A stretch of DNA of 64,000 nt from Octopus vulgaris (Eukaryota). Both the position numbers and the translations under genes were made by a program. The notes beneath the pieces were generated by a model, which saw nothing but the letters and a program-made list of their open reading frames with translations, was not told where the DNA came from and ran no database searches. Below, one piece after another: positions 1 through 10,099 of the stretch. How positions within the stretch are numbered: position 1 is the first letter of the stretch; every line of letters starts with the position of its first letter. Location of the stretch: NCBI GenBank assembly GCA_951406725.2, contig OX597820.1:80724001-80788000 (forward strand), written 5' to 3'.

Positions 1-410
1 TCAAAATGGCAGCCTCAACTTGACGGACAGATGCCTCATCAATGGCAGAAGGGGTGCGATCAGATGTGGGAGCTGTTTCCACAGAGTTCCGACCATGTTT
101 GAATTCACGATGCCAGCGTTTTACAAGGTCATATGATGGGGCATCATCACCATAAGTTACTTTCATTTCATCAAAAGTCTCCTGTGGTGTGCGTCATTTC
201 AAATACAAAAACCGGATCACTGCTCGACACTCAACAGGCTCCATTTCCCACTTGACTCATTTCAAACACCTGTAATCAGAAACCACAATTAGTTCGGAGC
301 TGTAATTTGCCACGTAATTTATAGAAATATAAATAATTGCACATGCAAAATTTCAGCTAGATCAAACAACGGCAAGTGGGTCAGAGGCATTACTTATTGA
401 ACGCCCCTCG
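1..410 (-). mobile_element. mariner-type transposon 5' end (decayed transposase HTH plus TIR)
   Basis: Minus strand from 244 reads MEPVECRAVIRFLYLK*RTPQETFDEMKVTYGDDAPSYDLVKRWHREFKHGR (Mos1-like HTH, internal stop). Terminus TA|CGAGGGGCGTTCAATAAGT at 412 downward. Confidence 0.85.
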
Positions 411-625
411 TAAATTTATAAACAACTTATAAACAAGGGCAAAACAAAAAAATTTCTAATGCCAAATATGCCGAAAATAGACACTTCGTCAATAACCATA
501 TAATTCATCACTACAAGTACGCGTCTCGAAGAAAGCCGACAGAAATTTCTAAAAAATTCCGTTATTACCATATCGGACCCGATTTATAAGTTATATATAT
601 ATATAACTTATAAATATATATATAA

Positions 626-686
<61 letters not shown>

Positions 687-785
687 CGAATACCAGATGT
701 AGAGCAATATGCTAAAGCACAAAACTGTTTGACGAACGGGGACGAGTAACAGTTATTGTGATATTTTTGCTGCTTTTCAATAAAG

Positions 786-862
<77 letters not shown>

Positions 863-923
863 CGCCATGATAGATCGTTAGCCACTACACACATTTTTTT
901 CTCTCCTTGTTTTTTCTGTGTCC

Positions 924-959
924 CTTTCTGTAGAAGAGCGTAGGCTCGAAACATAAAAG
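924..959 (+). ncRNA. Decayed minimal type I hammerhead-like motif in a Penelope-type repeat end
   Basis: cttt CTGtAGA a GAGC gtag GCTC GAAAC ATA aaag. Stems I and II pair, but the core carries substitutions. Confidence 0.5.
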
Positions 960-1070
960 ACTTTTTCTATTCCTGAGCGTTATACTAATACATCTGTTTT
1001 TTTGTACACCACCTGTCTTCGTCTTTTTTTTTCGTAAACTCCCCCTATATATATATGGAGAGAGAAAGAG

Positions 1071-2217
1071 AGGGTTGGATTAAGATCATGGAACACTTAA
1101 AAGATGTCTCCATATATGTGTAATTCACAATCTAAAGAATAATAATAAACCATAAAATAAATATTTACTTTTCAAAATGAAACAAAACTAACACTAACAT
1201 GGAAAATGATGTTTATTTTTGTATACTTGCACAGAAGGTCTAGGAAAATGAGTACGTGGGGGTGAAATAAGTAGTTTTTGATTTTTCTCCTTAATTTTCT
1301 CCTTAATTGTCTGAAACATTGCAAGTGTTGCACCATCATTTTGTACAGCTGCTTCATCTTTAGGAGTAAAAATTGGTCGGCATATCTGTTGTTGAAGTCG
1401 AAGTGACAGGTACTTTCTTTTTCAAGAAATTTCTCCTTAGAAAATAAAGAAAGTGGGGCAAAATGGAGAAAATTACCGATTACAACAATTGCTTCTCTAC
1501 GACTGCATGGTGCCTGCATAAAAGAAAGCCACTCCAGCAAATTGTGAAGAGGTTATATAGAATATTTTGTATTGAGGTTTTAGATTTAGTCGAGTTTCGT
1601 TAATTTCATGTCATATGCCATTTTTCCATGATCCTCTTTCATTTGTCCTAGATATTTTAAATTGTTGTTGCATTTCTGATCTTTCTGATGTCTGAGGATG
1701 AATATTGATACGTATGAGTTTTTTCCAAATGTAATTCTGGAAAACCGAAGTGGCAAATATACCTTATTTTGTCATACTCATATTGCCCGTCTAAATTAGT
1801 CTTTTCTATGTTCAAAGAGAACAGAGATAATTTTCTGAAATAGTGTTCTGAATATGTTACAGTGTTTTTAACGCATGTAGGTAAGGTTGTTTGCTTTTTA
1901 TAAGGTAGTGAACATTTGTAAAAATTATATTTTTTCTTAATCAAAAATGCAGTAAATATTACTCGTTGTACACCACGTACCTATATATTTGATAAGTTAT
2001 CTACTTTTTTCATTGGAAAGTCTTTAATCAGATCCTCAAAATTAATGTTACGTAATACATCTGCTTCTCTACTTAGTAGAGATAAAGCATCCCGAATACT
2101 ATTTTAGCAAATTCAAAGTGATTTCTTTTGTGCCGTAAACTGTTTACTATTTCTGTAGTGCCCCCTTCATTTGATACCTTAAGCATGTGTTTATTTTGGT
2201 TAAGGGTTAATCCAACC
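1071..2217. mobile_element. Decayed DNA transposon with short terminal inverted repeats (family not assigned)
   Basis: ggttggattaa (~1073) is the reverse complement of ttaatccaacc (~2207-2217). The interior is complex sequence bounded by microsatellites. Confidence 0.4.
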
Positions 2218-2250
<33 letters not shown>

Positions 2251-2634
2251 TACCCGATCGCGCGGTTAAACCATTGGGAGTGGAGGACTCCTAGCCTTTG
2301 TTAGGGCATCTTTCTAGGAGAAGGTAACTCAGGTAACTGAGATAACTCCGACAGAAAACCTGCGGTTCAGTGGTTACCGATAATGTTGACTTGTTCTTCT
2401 TTTCGGATTATGGCTGCGGTTGCTTAGTGAGTGGGATTGACTCAGTGCACAGCCTTTCCTCACTTTAAAAAAAATCTTCTTGCACAGGCATTGCACGATA
2501 ACAACATTGATTAAGCTTCGTGCAGTGGCCATACTCGATAACGAGGGGCAGCCACCATGTATGTATTTGTGTATGTATGTATGTATGTGTGTGTGTGTAT
2601 GTGTGTGTGTGTGTGTGTGCTTGTGTGTGAGAAG

Positions 2635-2890
2635 TTGCATGGCTTAGTAGTTAGGGGTGTTGTACTCACGATTGTGAGATCGTGGGTTCGATACCCTGAC
2701 CGGGCGTTGCGTTGTGTTCTTGAACAAAGCATTCATTTCACGCTGCTCTGCGATCATTTCGTCATCTAACATGTGGCACATGGTGCACCTGTACAAGTAA
2801 TGTCGATTTGTTGGAGGGAGTGAGCTTATGTGAAAACAAACATTTGATCACTATAAACTAATTCTCTGTGTGATTGTTCGGCAAGAAATT
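2635..2890 (+). mobile_element. tRNA-derived SINE (related copies ~4050-4250 partial and ~49450-49745)
   Basis: A-box-like tggcttagtagtt and B-box ggttcgatacc, followed by a body shared with other copies (catttcacg.tgctct.cgatcatttcgtcatct). Confidence 0.7.
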
Positions 2891-3356
2891 CTTTTCTTTA
2901 TTAGCCACTAAGTGCTCAACATAGAGGGACGATACAGGACATACGGGTAGGGTTATGCATGAAAGCGTGTACAAAAAATTAACAATAGTAAAATATTAAT
3001 AACAGTAATTCTCCAAAAGGGGGAAATTTCCTGGGTTGGTTGTGGTAACTCCACAATGTTCGAAACAATCTGATCGCCAGGGCGAAAGCCTATATCTTTA
3101 ATTTATGCTCAAGTCGAGCTATTCTTGCAACATTAATCTATCTTCCCGCAAATTTTCACGAGAGCAGCACCTCCCTCTGCTTGCCTTTCTCGGTTAAAGG
3201 AAAGCGATGGGACAGTCTTTATGATGGACTCAGTCGGCAGCTGTCTTCGTTCCAGATGCGACAGCAAGTGTTCAACATAAAACAACAATTCTATATTTAA
3301 GAGATGAAGAATTATGTAGATTATTTACATTTAACGGATATTCGTCCTCATCTTGT

Positions 3357-3943
3357 TTCTTGTTAACACAACGTTTCCGCTAATATACCCTCCAGCCTTC
3401 ATCAGGTGTCTTGCGGGAAATTTCGAACCTGGGTTCTCATTCCTAAGGTATTTGTCGATGTTATTATTGTTATTATTCTTATTCAGGTTACTGGTTGGAA
3501 TCGAATTCAGAATTTTAGGGCTTATAAATCTATTATTTTCCTATCCTTCCTAAATACCGGTTCCCATATGCTACTCATATCTATATTCGAAAACTAAAAG
3601 AAGCAGCACATATGCTAGGACACAACCTCCTAAGCAGACCGAGTGCAGATATGATTAGCATATGTGAACTGATATTAAGGAAGGATAGGAAAATATTAGA
3701 TTTATAAGCCCTAAAATAATTGGCCACGGGCATATGGCGTTGTGGTTAAGAGCGCGGGCTACTAACCCCAAGATTCCGAGTTCGATTCCAAGCAGTGACC
3801 TGAATAATAAAAATAAAAATATTAATAATAATAATAATAATAATATCGAAAAATACCTTAGGAATGAGAACCCAGGTTAGAAATTTCCCCAAAATACCTG
3901 ATGAAGGCTGGAGGGTATATCAGCCGAAACATTATTTTAACAA
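3357..3943. repeat. Nested foldback: two inverted copies of a tRNA-headed, hammerhead-bearing repeat around an inner 70-bp inverted repeat
   Basis: 3357-3520 is the reverse complement of ~3765-3943. 3513-3582 is the reverse complement of 3647-3716. A/B boxes at 3735-3789. CTGATGA...GAAAC at 3898-3930 (+) and 3373-3405 (-). Confidence 0.8.
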
Positions 3944-4374
3944 GCAAATAACTAATTCTCTAACCCCGTGACTGTATGCTTGGCATGTCAGGAGTGACGT
4001 GTTCATTTTCCAGTAACCGGGACCCTGCCTGCGAAATCTGTCTAAATGGAGGCTTCATTTCACGTTGCTCTACGATCATTTCGTCATCTGACATGTGGCA
4101 CACAGTGCACCTGTACTAGTAATGCTGATCTGATGGAGGGAGTAAGCTTATGTGAACACAAACATTTGATCACTCTAAACAAATCATCTGAGTGGTTGTT
4201 CGGCAAGAAATTAACGAACCCTCACCCGTCGTCTAACGATGGGAGAGTCCATGATATATATATATAATTGTTCCTTTAAATATGTACCTGAATTTTAATT
4301 CTAATAGTAGTTCTTTCTCTCTTTTGTTCCAGATAATATTCATCCTATATTGTTAAAGAAAGAGATCATTAAAA

Positions 4375-4614
4375 ATGGTTGTTACCAAAAGTGAATATTT
4401 AGCTCGTGTGCAGAGCGAATTGAGCAGATACAGGTACTTCGAGAAAGAACCAACTCCACAGTTGCTCGCCGAAGTTCAAAGAAAATGCTCTACTCTATCA
4501 ATTCCGATACCACGTGACGACAAAGGAGGCATATTGCCATACCCGACTACTAAATCTAAAAAGGAAATATTTAACCGAGAGAAATACTCCGAAGTTGACA
4601 ACCATGCTCTGAAG
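4375..4614 (+). CDS. Coding exon 1 (MVVTKSEY...SKKEIFNREKYSEVDNHALK)
   Basis: Acceptor ttttgttccag ends at 4332. In-frame TAA at 4354 precedes aaaaATGG at 4375. Donor AAG|gtaatc, phase 0, matches the exon at 22118. The ending resembles the 'F..vD.ha' motif that precedes the KY/hillarin core. Confidence 0.8.
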
Positions 4615-4619
4615 GTAAT

Positions 4620-4855
4620 CTTCTTCTTCTTCTTCTTCTTCTTCTTCTTCTTCTTCTTCTTCTTCTTCTTCTTCTTCTTCTTCTTCTTTTTCTTCTTCTT
4701 CTTCTTCTTCTTCTTCTTCTTCTTCTTCTTCTTCTTCTTCTTCTTTTCTTCTTCTTCTTCCTCCTCCTCCTCCTCCTCCTCTTCTTCTTCTTCTTTTTCT
4801 CCCCTTCTTCTTCTTCTTCTTCTTCTTCTTCTACCCATTATTATTATTATTATTG

Positions 4856-4912
<57 letters not shown>
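4620..4912 (+). repeat. Compound microsatellite (TTC)n(TCC)n(TTA)n immediately after the exon 1 donor
   Basis: Directly visible. Confidence 0.97.
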
Positions 4913-4914
<2 letters not shown>

Positions 4915-4917
4915 AAC

Positions 4918-5125
4918 AGCTAGCTGGCAGAATCGTATGTATGTCGGACAAAATGCTTAGCGGCATTTTTTCCGTCTTTACGTTCTGAGTTTAAATTCTG
5001 CCGAGGTCGACTTTGCCTTTCCTCATTTCGGAGTCAATAAAATAAGTACCAGTTACGCACTGGAGTCGATGTAATCGACCTAACAATTTCAGTCTTTGTG
5101 CCTGTAATAGAAAAGGTTATTATTA
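4918..5125 (+). mobile_element. tRNA-derived SINE with Meta-domain-like core (copies ~7150-7300 +, 16955-17182 -, 21840-22040 -, 34130-34280 -, 44260-44415 +, 44805-45000 +, 63880-64000 +)
   Basis: Shared body gagctggcagaa.cgttagc...gttctgagttcaaattccgccgaggtcgactttgcctttcatcctttcggggtcgataaa..aagtaccag recurs many times in the window. Confidence 0.85.
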
Positions 5126-5539
5126 TTTCCATGTCACTTCTCGGAGTTTTTATTTCACTTGTCCCTGCTAATTCTGTAAGGATTTCACAGGGTCTCATTC
5201 CACGACACTTAACAATCGAGCACCAATCCCCAAATCATCGCTGTCCCCAAAAGAGCAGTTTTCTGAATGTGTTCAACTCTTGTGTCAATCCCATTTCCTC
5301 CAGCAAATTTCTCAGTACCCCTACAACTACCGGGATGATCATTACAGCAGTAACAATAACAACAAAAGCAACAACAGGAAAAGTAGCAATGAGAGCACCA
5401 CTATCCTCCTACTACCGCACAGTTGTTAGCGGCGTGGTAACAACAACAATAGTAATGACAAGGCAAGCAAAGCAATGTATGGCAACTGCTATGAACACCA
5501 CTACCGCTACAACTACTGAGTGATAAGAACATAAAAACT

Positions 5540-6930
5540 ACTACTATTGGGGTCAACCTGAAAGCAAGGCCACTTACTTAATGACCTTAGATCACTAGAT
5601 ATAGATGTGGTACAATCATCGAGACTGATTTCCAGGGCGCACCTTCGACAAATACGAGATATATGCATCTCTTATTCAGTTTGAGTCAGTGAGGGTGGCA
5701 GTGCCCTTTTGGAAATGTCAGGAACTGACAGTATGGATGATCTTCTCCGAATCGGATGTCAAGTAGGTGGTACTGGAAGTGAACAGCATTAGAGGTAGTA
5801 CCCTCAGACTAGTAGCCTCTATCTCCCGATGGAAAGGGCGGGTGGATTTCTTAGGCATATGGAAGTGTTTTAGGAACGTCTAACCCTTTACTATTAATAG
5901 GAAGCAGGATATTTGAGATTGTATTGGCTAGCCTACAAGAGAGAAATGCTCAGATATCTCCGATTATCTGGCTAGTGCAGAGTAGATTTTCTGAATGCAC
6001 CTGTGAGTGTGAATGTATAGTATCCGCATGGGACCATCCAGATAATATTTGGATATAATATTTATTAGATCAGTGGCTAGAAATAGCGTAGGTTGCTTGC
6101 AATTTCAACCGGTTGATTATACAAATCAAAAATCTGTGACCAGTACAGTCGACTTGTTGATAGAGACCATCGTTCCCGGTGTGTAATACTTACAGAGATT
6201 AATTAACAATTTAGCTTAACCTCAGTTGATGTGGGAATTCGTCAACAACTGATTATGGGCTGATTACAATAGAATATGTAAGTTTTAGTAAAGAAAGAGC
6301 GGATAAATACCAGTGGCGAGAGTGGCCCGCAACTACTTCCATAACATGAAACATGAAGGTGACAGTTTTAGAGCTACGCACGAAGGAACGAAAGCTGTTC
6401 AACGGGTCCTAGTGGTAGAGTCGCAAAGTGACAACAAACTACAGTAAGGTATTTGATGGTTAAGGGTGGGCACGTAGTACTCGATTCCATGTATATATAT
6501 GCTGATTTTCAGTGGCACCTTGTTCAACGGTTTGAGATGAGCAGTCAAACGGAGACAATAATAGACTTCAGTGCCTACCCAGACGGCCTGTCACCGAGAT
6601 ACAAAATGTGATAAATGATCGTATGAGGCGTAGATCACCTATTTTGAATAGTTTGTCTAATGAACTTGATGCATATATGTTAGACTTGTTCCTCGACGTC
6701 TTGGCAAATATCTACTGCAACTGAAAGTTGAACAGAAGAATTCTCAGTTTTATAAATCAGTGCTGTTGTGGAAAGAACTCGAACAAAGGGACACAATCAT
6801 TAATTTCCGGCTCATACTTCAGCTGAATGCCGGCCTTAAGAGTTAGCTATGGTGTTAGCAAAAAGGTTGGCCATTCCGACCAAATTTAATTGTGACAACA
6901 TTCATCTCTTGCGAAAAAATCGTGGAGAGA
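5540..6930 (+). mobile_element. Probable highly decayed non-LTR retrotransposon fragment
   Basis: Complex, higher-GC, stop-riddled sequence with no intact motif read with certainty. Confidence 0.3.
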
Positions 6931-7339
6931 GTAAGCTGAAAACCACGCTCTCGGTTTAGAGCCTGGTTGGAGATTCTGATCCAGGTGAAACTTGAGACGT
7001 TGGAGAGGACTCCCAGCCTTAGAGAGAAAAAGAGCGATCCAACAATACCGACAATAAATATGGTTTCTGCAGGGTTTCCACGAATAGCTCCCGGAAACAC
7101 TTCTTTTATTGTGGAATTTCCTATAGTAGAAAGGATTATTATTATGAAGGCCAGCAGAATCGTTAGCGCGTCGAGCAAAATACTTAGCAGCATTTCTTCT
7201 AAGCAGAAATTCCGCCGTGGTCGGTTTTGCCTTTTCCCCTTTCGGGGTGGATAAAATGTGCTATTAGAGCATTAGCGTTGATCCAGCCTTGTGCCTATAG
7301 TAAAAAGAAATATTATTATTATGAAAATAAAATTTTACG

Positions 7340-7765
7340 TTCTACACAGGACTGGATGACAGAAGCTGATCTGGATAAATTTTCCAGCAAATATCACCCA
7401 GACCTTCTGAGACCAAATACCATCTTGGTTTCGAAGACAACAAAGCGGCTAATCCTATTGGAGTTAACTGTGCCTTGCGAAGAGACGATGGAGAAGATGC
7501 AAAGAAGGAAAAGAAACAAATACCAGTGGGTGGAAATTTCGGCAAGAATGGGTGGAGAGCAATGTGTTTGCAAATGAAGATTGGCAGTTGTGAGTTTGCA
7601 GATCGTACTTTGAGTAAGCCAAATAGGACTCTGGACATTACTGGGGAAAGGCAAGGGCGAGCTATCAGGAATAACGTAGATACTGTTGAAAAATGATTTA
7701 GATATCTTTGGCTGAAAAAGGTTATCAGTGGGATCCAGTAGAATCAACCTAGGTCGGGGCACTTG
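7340..7765 (+). mobile_element. RLE-type (restriction-like endonuclease; R2/NeSL/Hero group) non-LTR retrotransposon 3' fragment
   Basis: LRPNTILVSKTTKRLILLELTVPCEETME..QRRKRNKY then GWRAMCLQMKIGSCEF matches the RPD...ELTVPWE...K..KY...EVG.RGF motif, frameshifted. Confidence 0.8.
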
Positions 7766-8781
7766 AATAAAGAAATACCCAGTTTTCAGTTGGTATTTTA
7801 CTTTATGTTGGGATAGTTTCTAGTGTATGAAAACTCCCATTCTGTTATGCTTGTATACATATATACGTAAAATATCTTCAAATGAAGTCTCTAAACTCTC
7901 TGCCTCCCTAGCTACATATATACGCTACCTCAAATCCCATACTATTTCCTATACCTTATCCTAGTCCGTAGTTTCTGGGACTTCCCCGTACAACTCTAAC
8001 CACCGTGTTTGTAAGTTATATTGCTCGTTATTCTTCGCCATCATATCCCGTTACTCAATAGATTCTCTGACGTAATTTTCTCGTGTAAACACTGATCTTA
8101 TTTCCCATTTTCCCATTACGTCTTTATGATTTCTCCAAATTGTAGTTAATCTCTTTATTTATTACCTAGCTACGCTAACAGCATTTCCCTTCTCCTTTCT
8201 CCTCGTACCATTTCTTACTTATCTCATTATACCTTCCTCCTCCGCTACTCCCACCCCTATCTCTTTATCGATTTCAGTCTCTCTGTCTAGTCAGTTGCTA
8301 TCCTTATGGTCTGTTAGTAAGATTCCTTACTGACGTCTTCTTTCACCATACTGACCTTAACCTTATCCTCTCCCCTCGTCTCTCAGTTTCTTTTATTCTA
8401 CCTCTGTTCATTGCCCTTGACGTAGAAATCCTCCTCCGTCTCCCTGCCTTTCGTTTCTTCTTTTCTTATCCTTCCTTTCTACGTCGTAGATACCCTCCTC
8501 TCTCGCCCCGCCTTTTCTTCTTGTACTACTTCCTCTTTCTCTTCAACATTCTAAATCTCTATCACCTCTGTATAAACCGCTTTTGCTAGCATTCTGTTCA
8601 TGAGGGAAGCTGGACTTATTGTGGTATCTTCACCTAACTATTTGTTGGTCGTATACCCAAGACGTTTTGCACATTCTATCTGTAAATTATGATCATTACG
8701 ATTATTATGAAACTCTGAGTATCCTGAAATGCTGTCGAGTTACATTATGTATTTTCTTCATAGTATTCAATATTTTTACGC

Positions 8782-8855
<74 letters not shown>

Positions 8856-8960
8856 GGTTATGTTTAAAATTAAAGTTTAGAAGACTTTAACGTACGCATC
8901 ATACCAACACCATCCTGCCACACACAGTAGCGAAATGTACATAACACTGTAACATATTAT

Positions 8961-9063
8961 GTAACCTGATGAGGTTTCTTCTGCACTGTGCATTCGATTC
9001 CATTATATCGTTCCCCACCAACTAGGAATCAGTGTAGATGTAAGCCGAAACGATCGTCGTGCT
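8961..9063 (+). ncRNA. Type I hammerhead-ribozyme-like motif with extended stem II (sense strand of intron 1)
   Basis: CTGATGA 8966-8972; stem II GGTTT/AAGCC, TCTGCACTG/CAGTGTAGA, GATTCC/GGAATC; GAAAC 9047-9051; palindromic stem III ACGATCGT; GTC triplet 9056-9058. Confidence 0.65.
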
Positions 9064-9234
9064 AAATGAAGCTTACAATACACTCTGTCTTCCTTATCAA
9101 TTATCTAAAATATACATGTGTATGTATGTATACATACGCATGTATGTGTGTGTGTGCGCGCGTGAGTGTGTGTTTCCTGTGTGTTTCTCTCCGAATATAT
9201 GTTGATGTAAGTATTTGTGAGTACACGTGTGCGT

Positions 9235-9266
<32 letters not shown>

Positions 9267-9529
9267 TTGTGCGCGCGCGCGAAGCCTAGTTTATCTGCAT
9301 TACTACCTACCTACATTTCTACACATACGCACACACACACACTCACGCATGTCAATCTGCGTATCGTACTTAAAGTATTTATCATCGAAAACCTGATAAA
9401 CCTGTCAAAACAAAACCAGTCACTACTGATATAGTAAAAAAGGGATTATAAATAAATCGCTGGTACCGCAGTGGGCAGGCAGAATGAATACGAATTCGTT
9501 ATGAGTAACAGAAGCAATCTGCGTATCAT

Positions 9530-9850
9530 ATTTAGTTAGTTAGTTAGTTAATTTTTGGCTCAAAAAGCAAAAAGCAAGGCCATGTAGGGGGACATGGAGT
9601 TATGTACAGGGTGGTGTTCATGTAAAGAGTTCAGGCTACTTGAGGTCAAGGGAGACTTTGAACAAAGCGGTCGTCGGCATCTTCACCATCTCGTCTGGCA
9701 GCTTGTTCCACGGATCCGCAACCCGGACGGAGAAAGCCCCTCTCCTTCGATTGAGATGAAATCGTCGCAGATAGAGCTTTTCGGAATGACCCCGCAGCCG
9801 ACGCTCAGGAGCAGGAGTGAAGAACAGCTCTTTCGAGAGGTTACACTTTC
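9530..9850 (-). mobile_element. CR1-like LINE 3' end with (TAAC)n tail
   Basis: Minus-strand translation RVADPWNKLPDEMVKMPTTALFKVSLD matches the CR1 ORF2 C-terminus. ttagttagttagttag tail at ~9531-9550. Confidence 0.75.
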
Positions 9851-10099
9851 CGCTTACTTATCTCATTATACCTTCCTCCTCCGCTACTCCCACCCCTACC
9901 TCTTTATCGATTCCAGTCTCTCTGTCTAGTCAGTTGCTATCCTTATTGTCTGTTAGTAAGATTGCCCTTGACGTAGAAATCCTCCTCCGTCTCCCTGCCT
10001 TTCGTTTAAAGCATATACGTTGTTGAATGCCTGATAGATTGAGATATTGGTTTCGAGAAAGCAACTCTTATAGACGCATAGTGTTAAAAAGTAGAAATA

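Noticed and set aside
608-954. YIYIYI / HTHTHT / CVCVCV ORFs here and throughout the ORF track
   Set aside because: They are translations of (TA)n, (CA)n and (TG)n microsatellites.
3728-3800. tRNA gene (also the SINE heads at 2635, 34934, 49450)
   Set aside because: A/B boxes are present but there is no full cloverleaf or acceptor stem, and they run into repeat bodies.
4615-4914. Poly-Phe/Ser/Leu/Tyr tail of ORF 4375..4914 and the antisense poly-Lys ORF
   Set aside because: Read-through past the AAG|gtaatc donor into a trinucleotide microsatellite.
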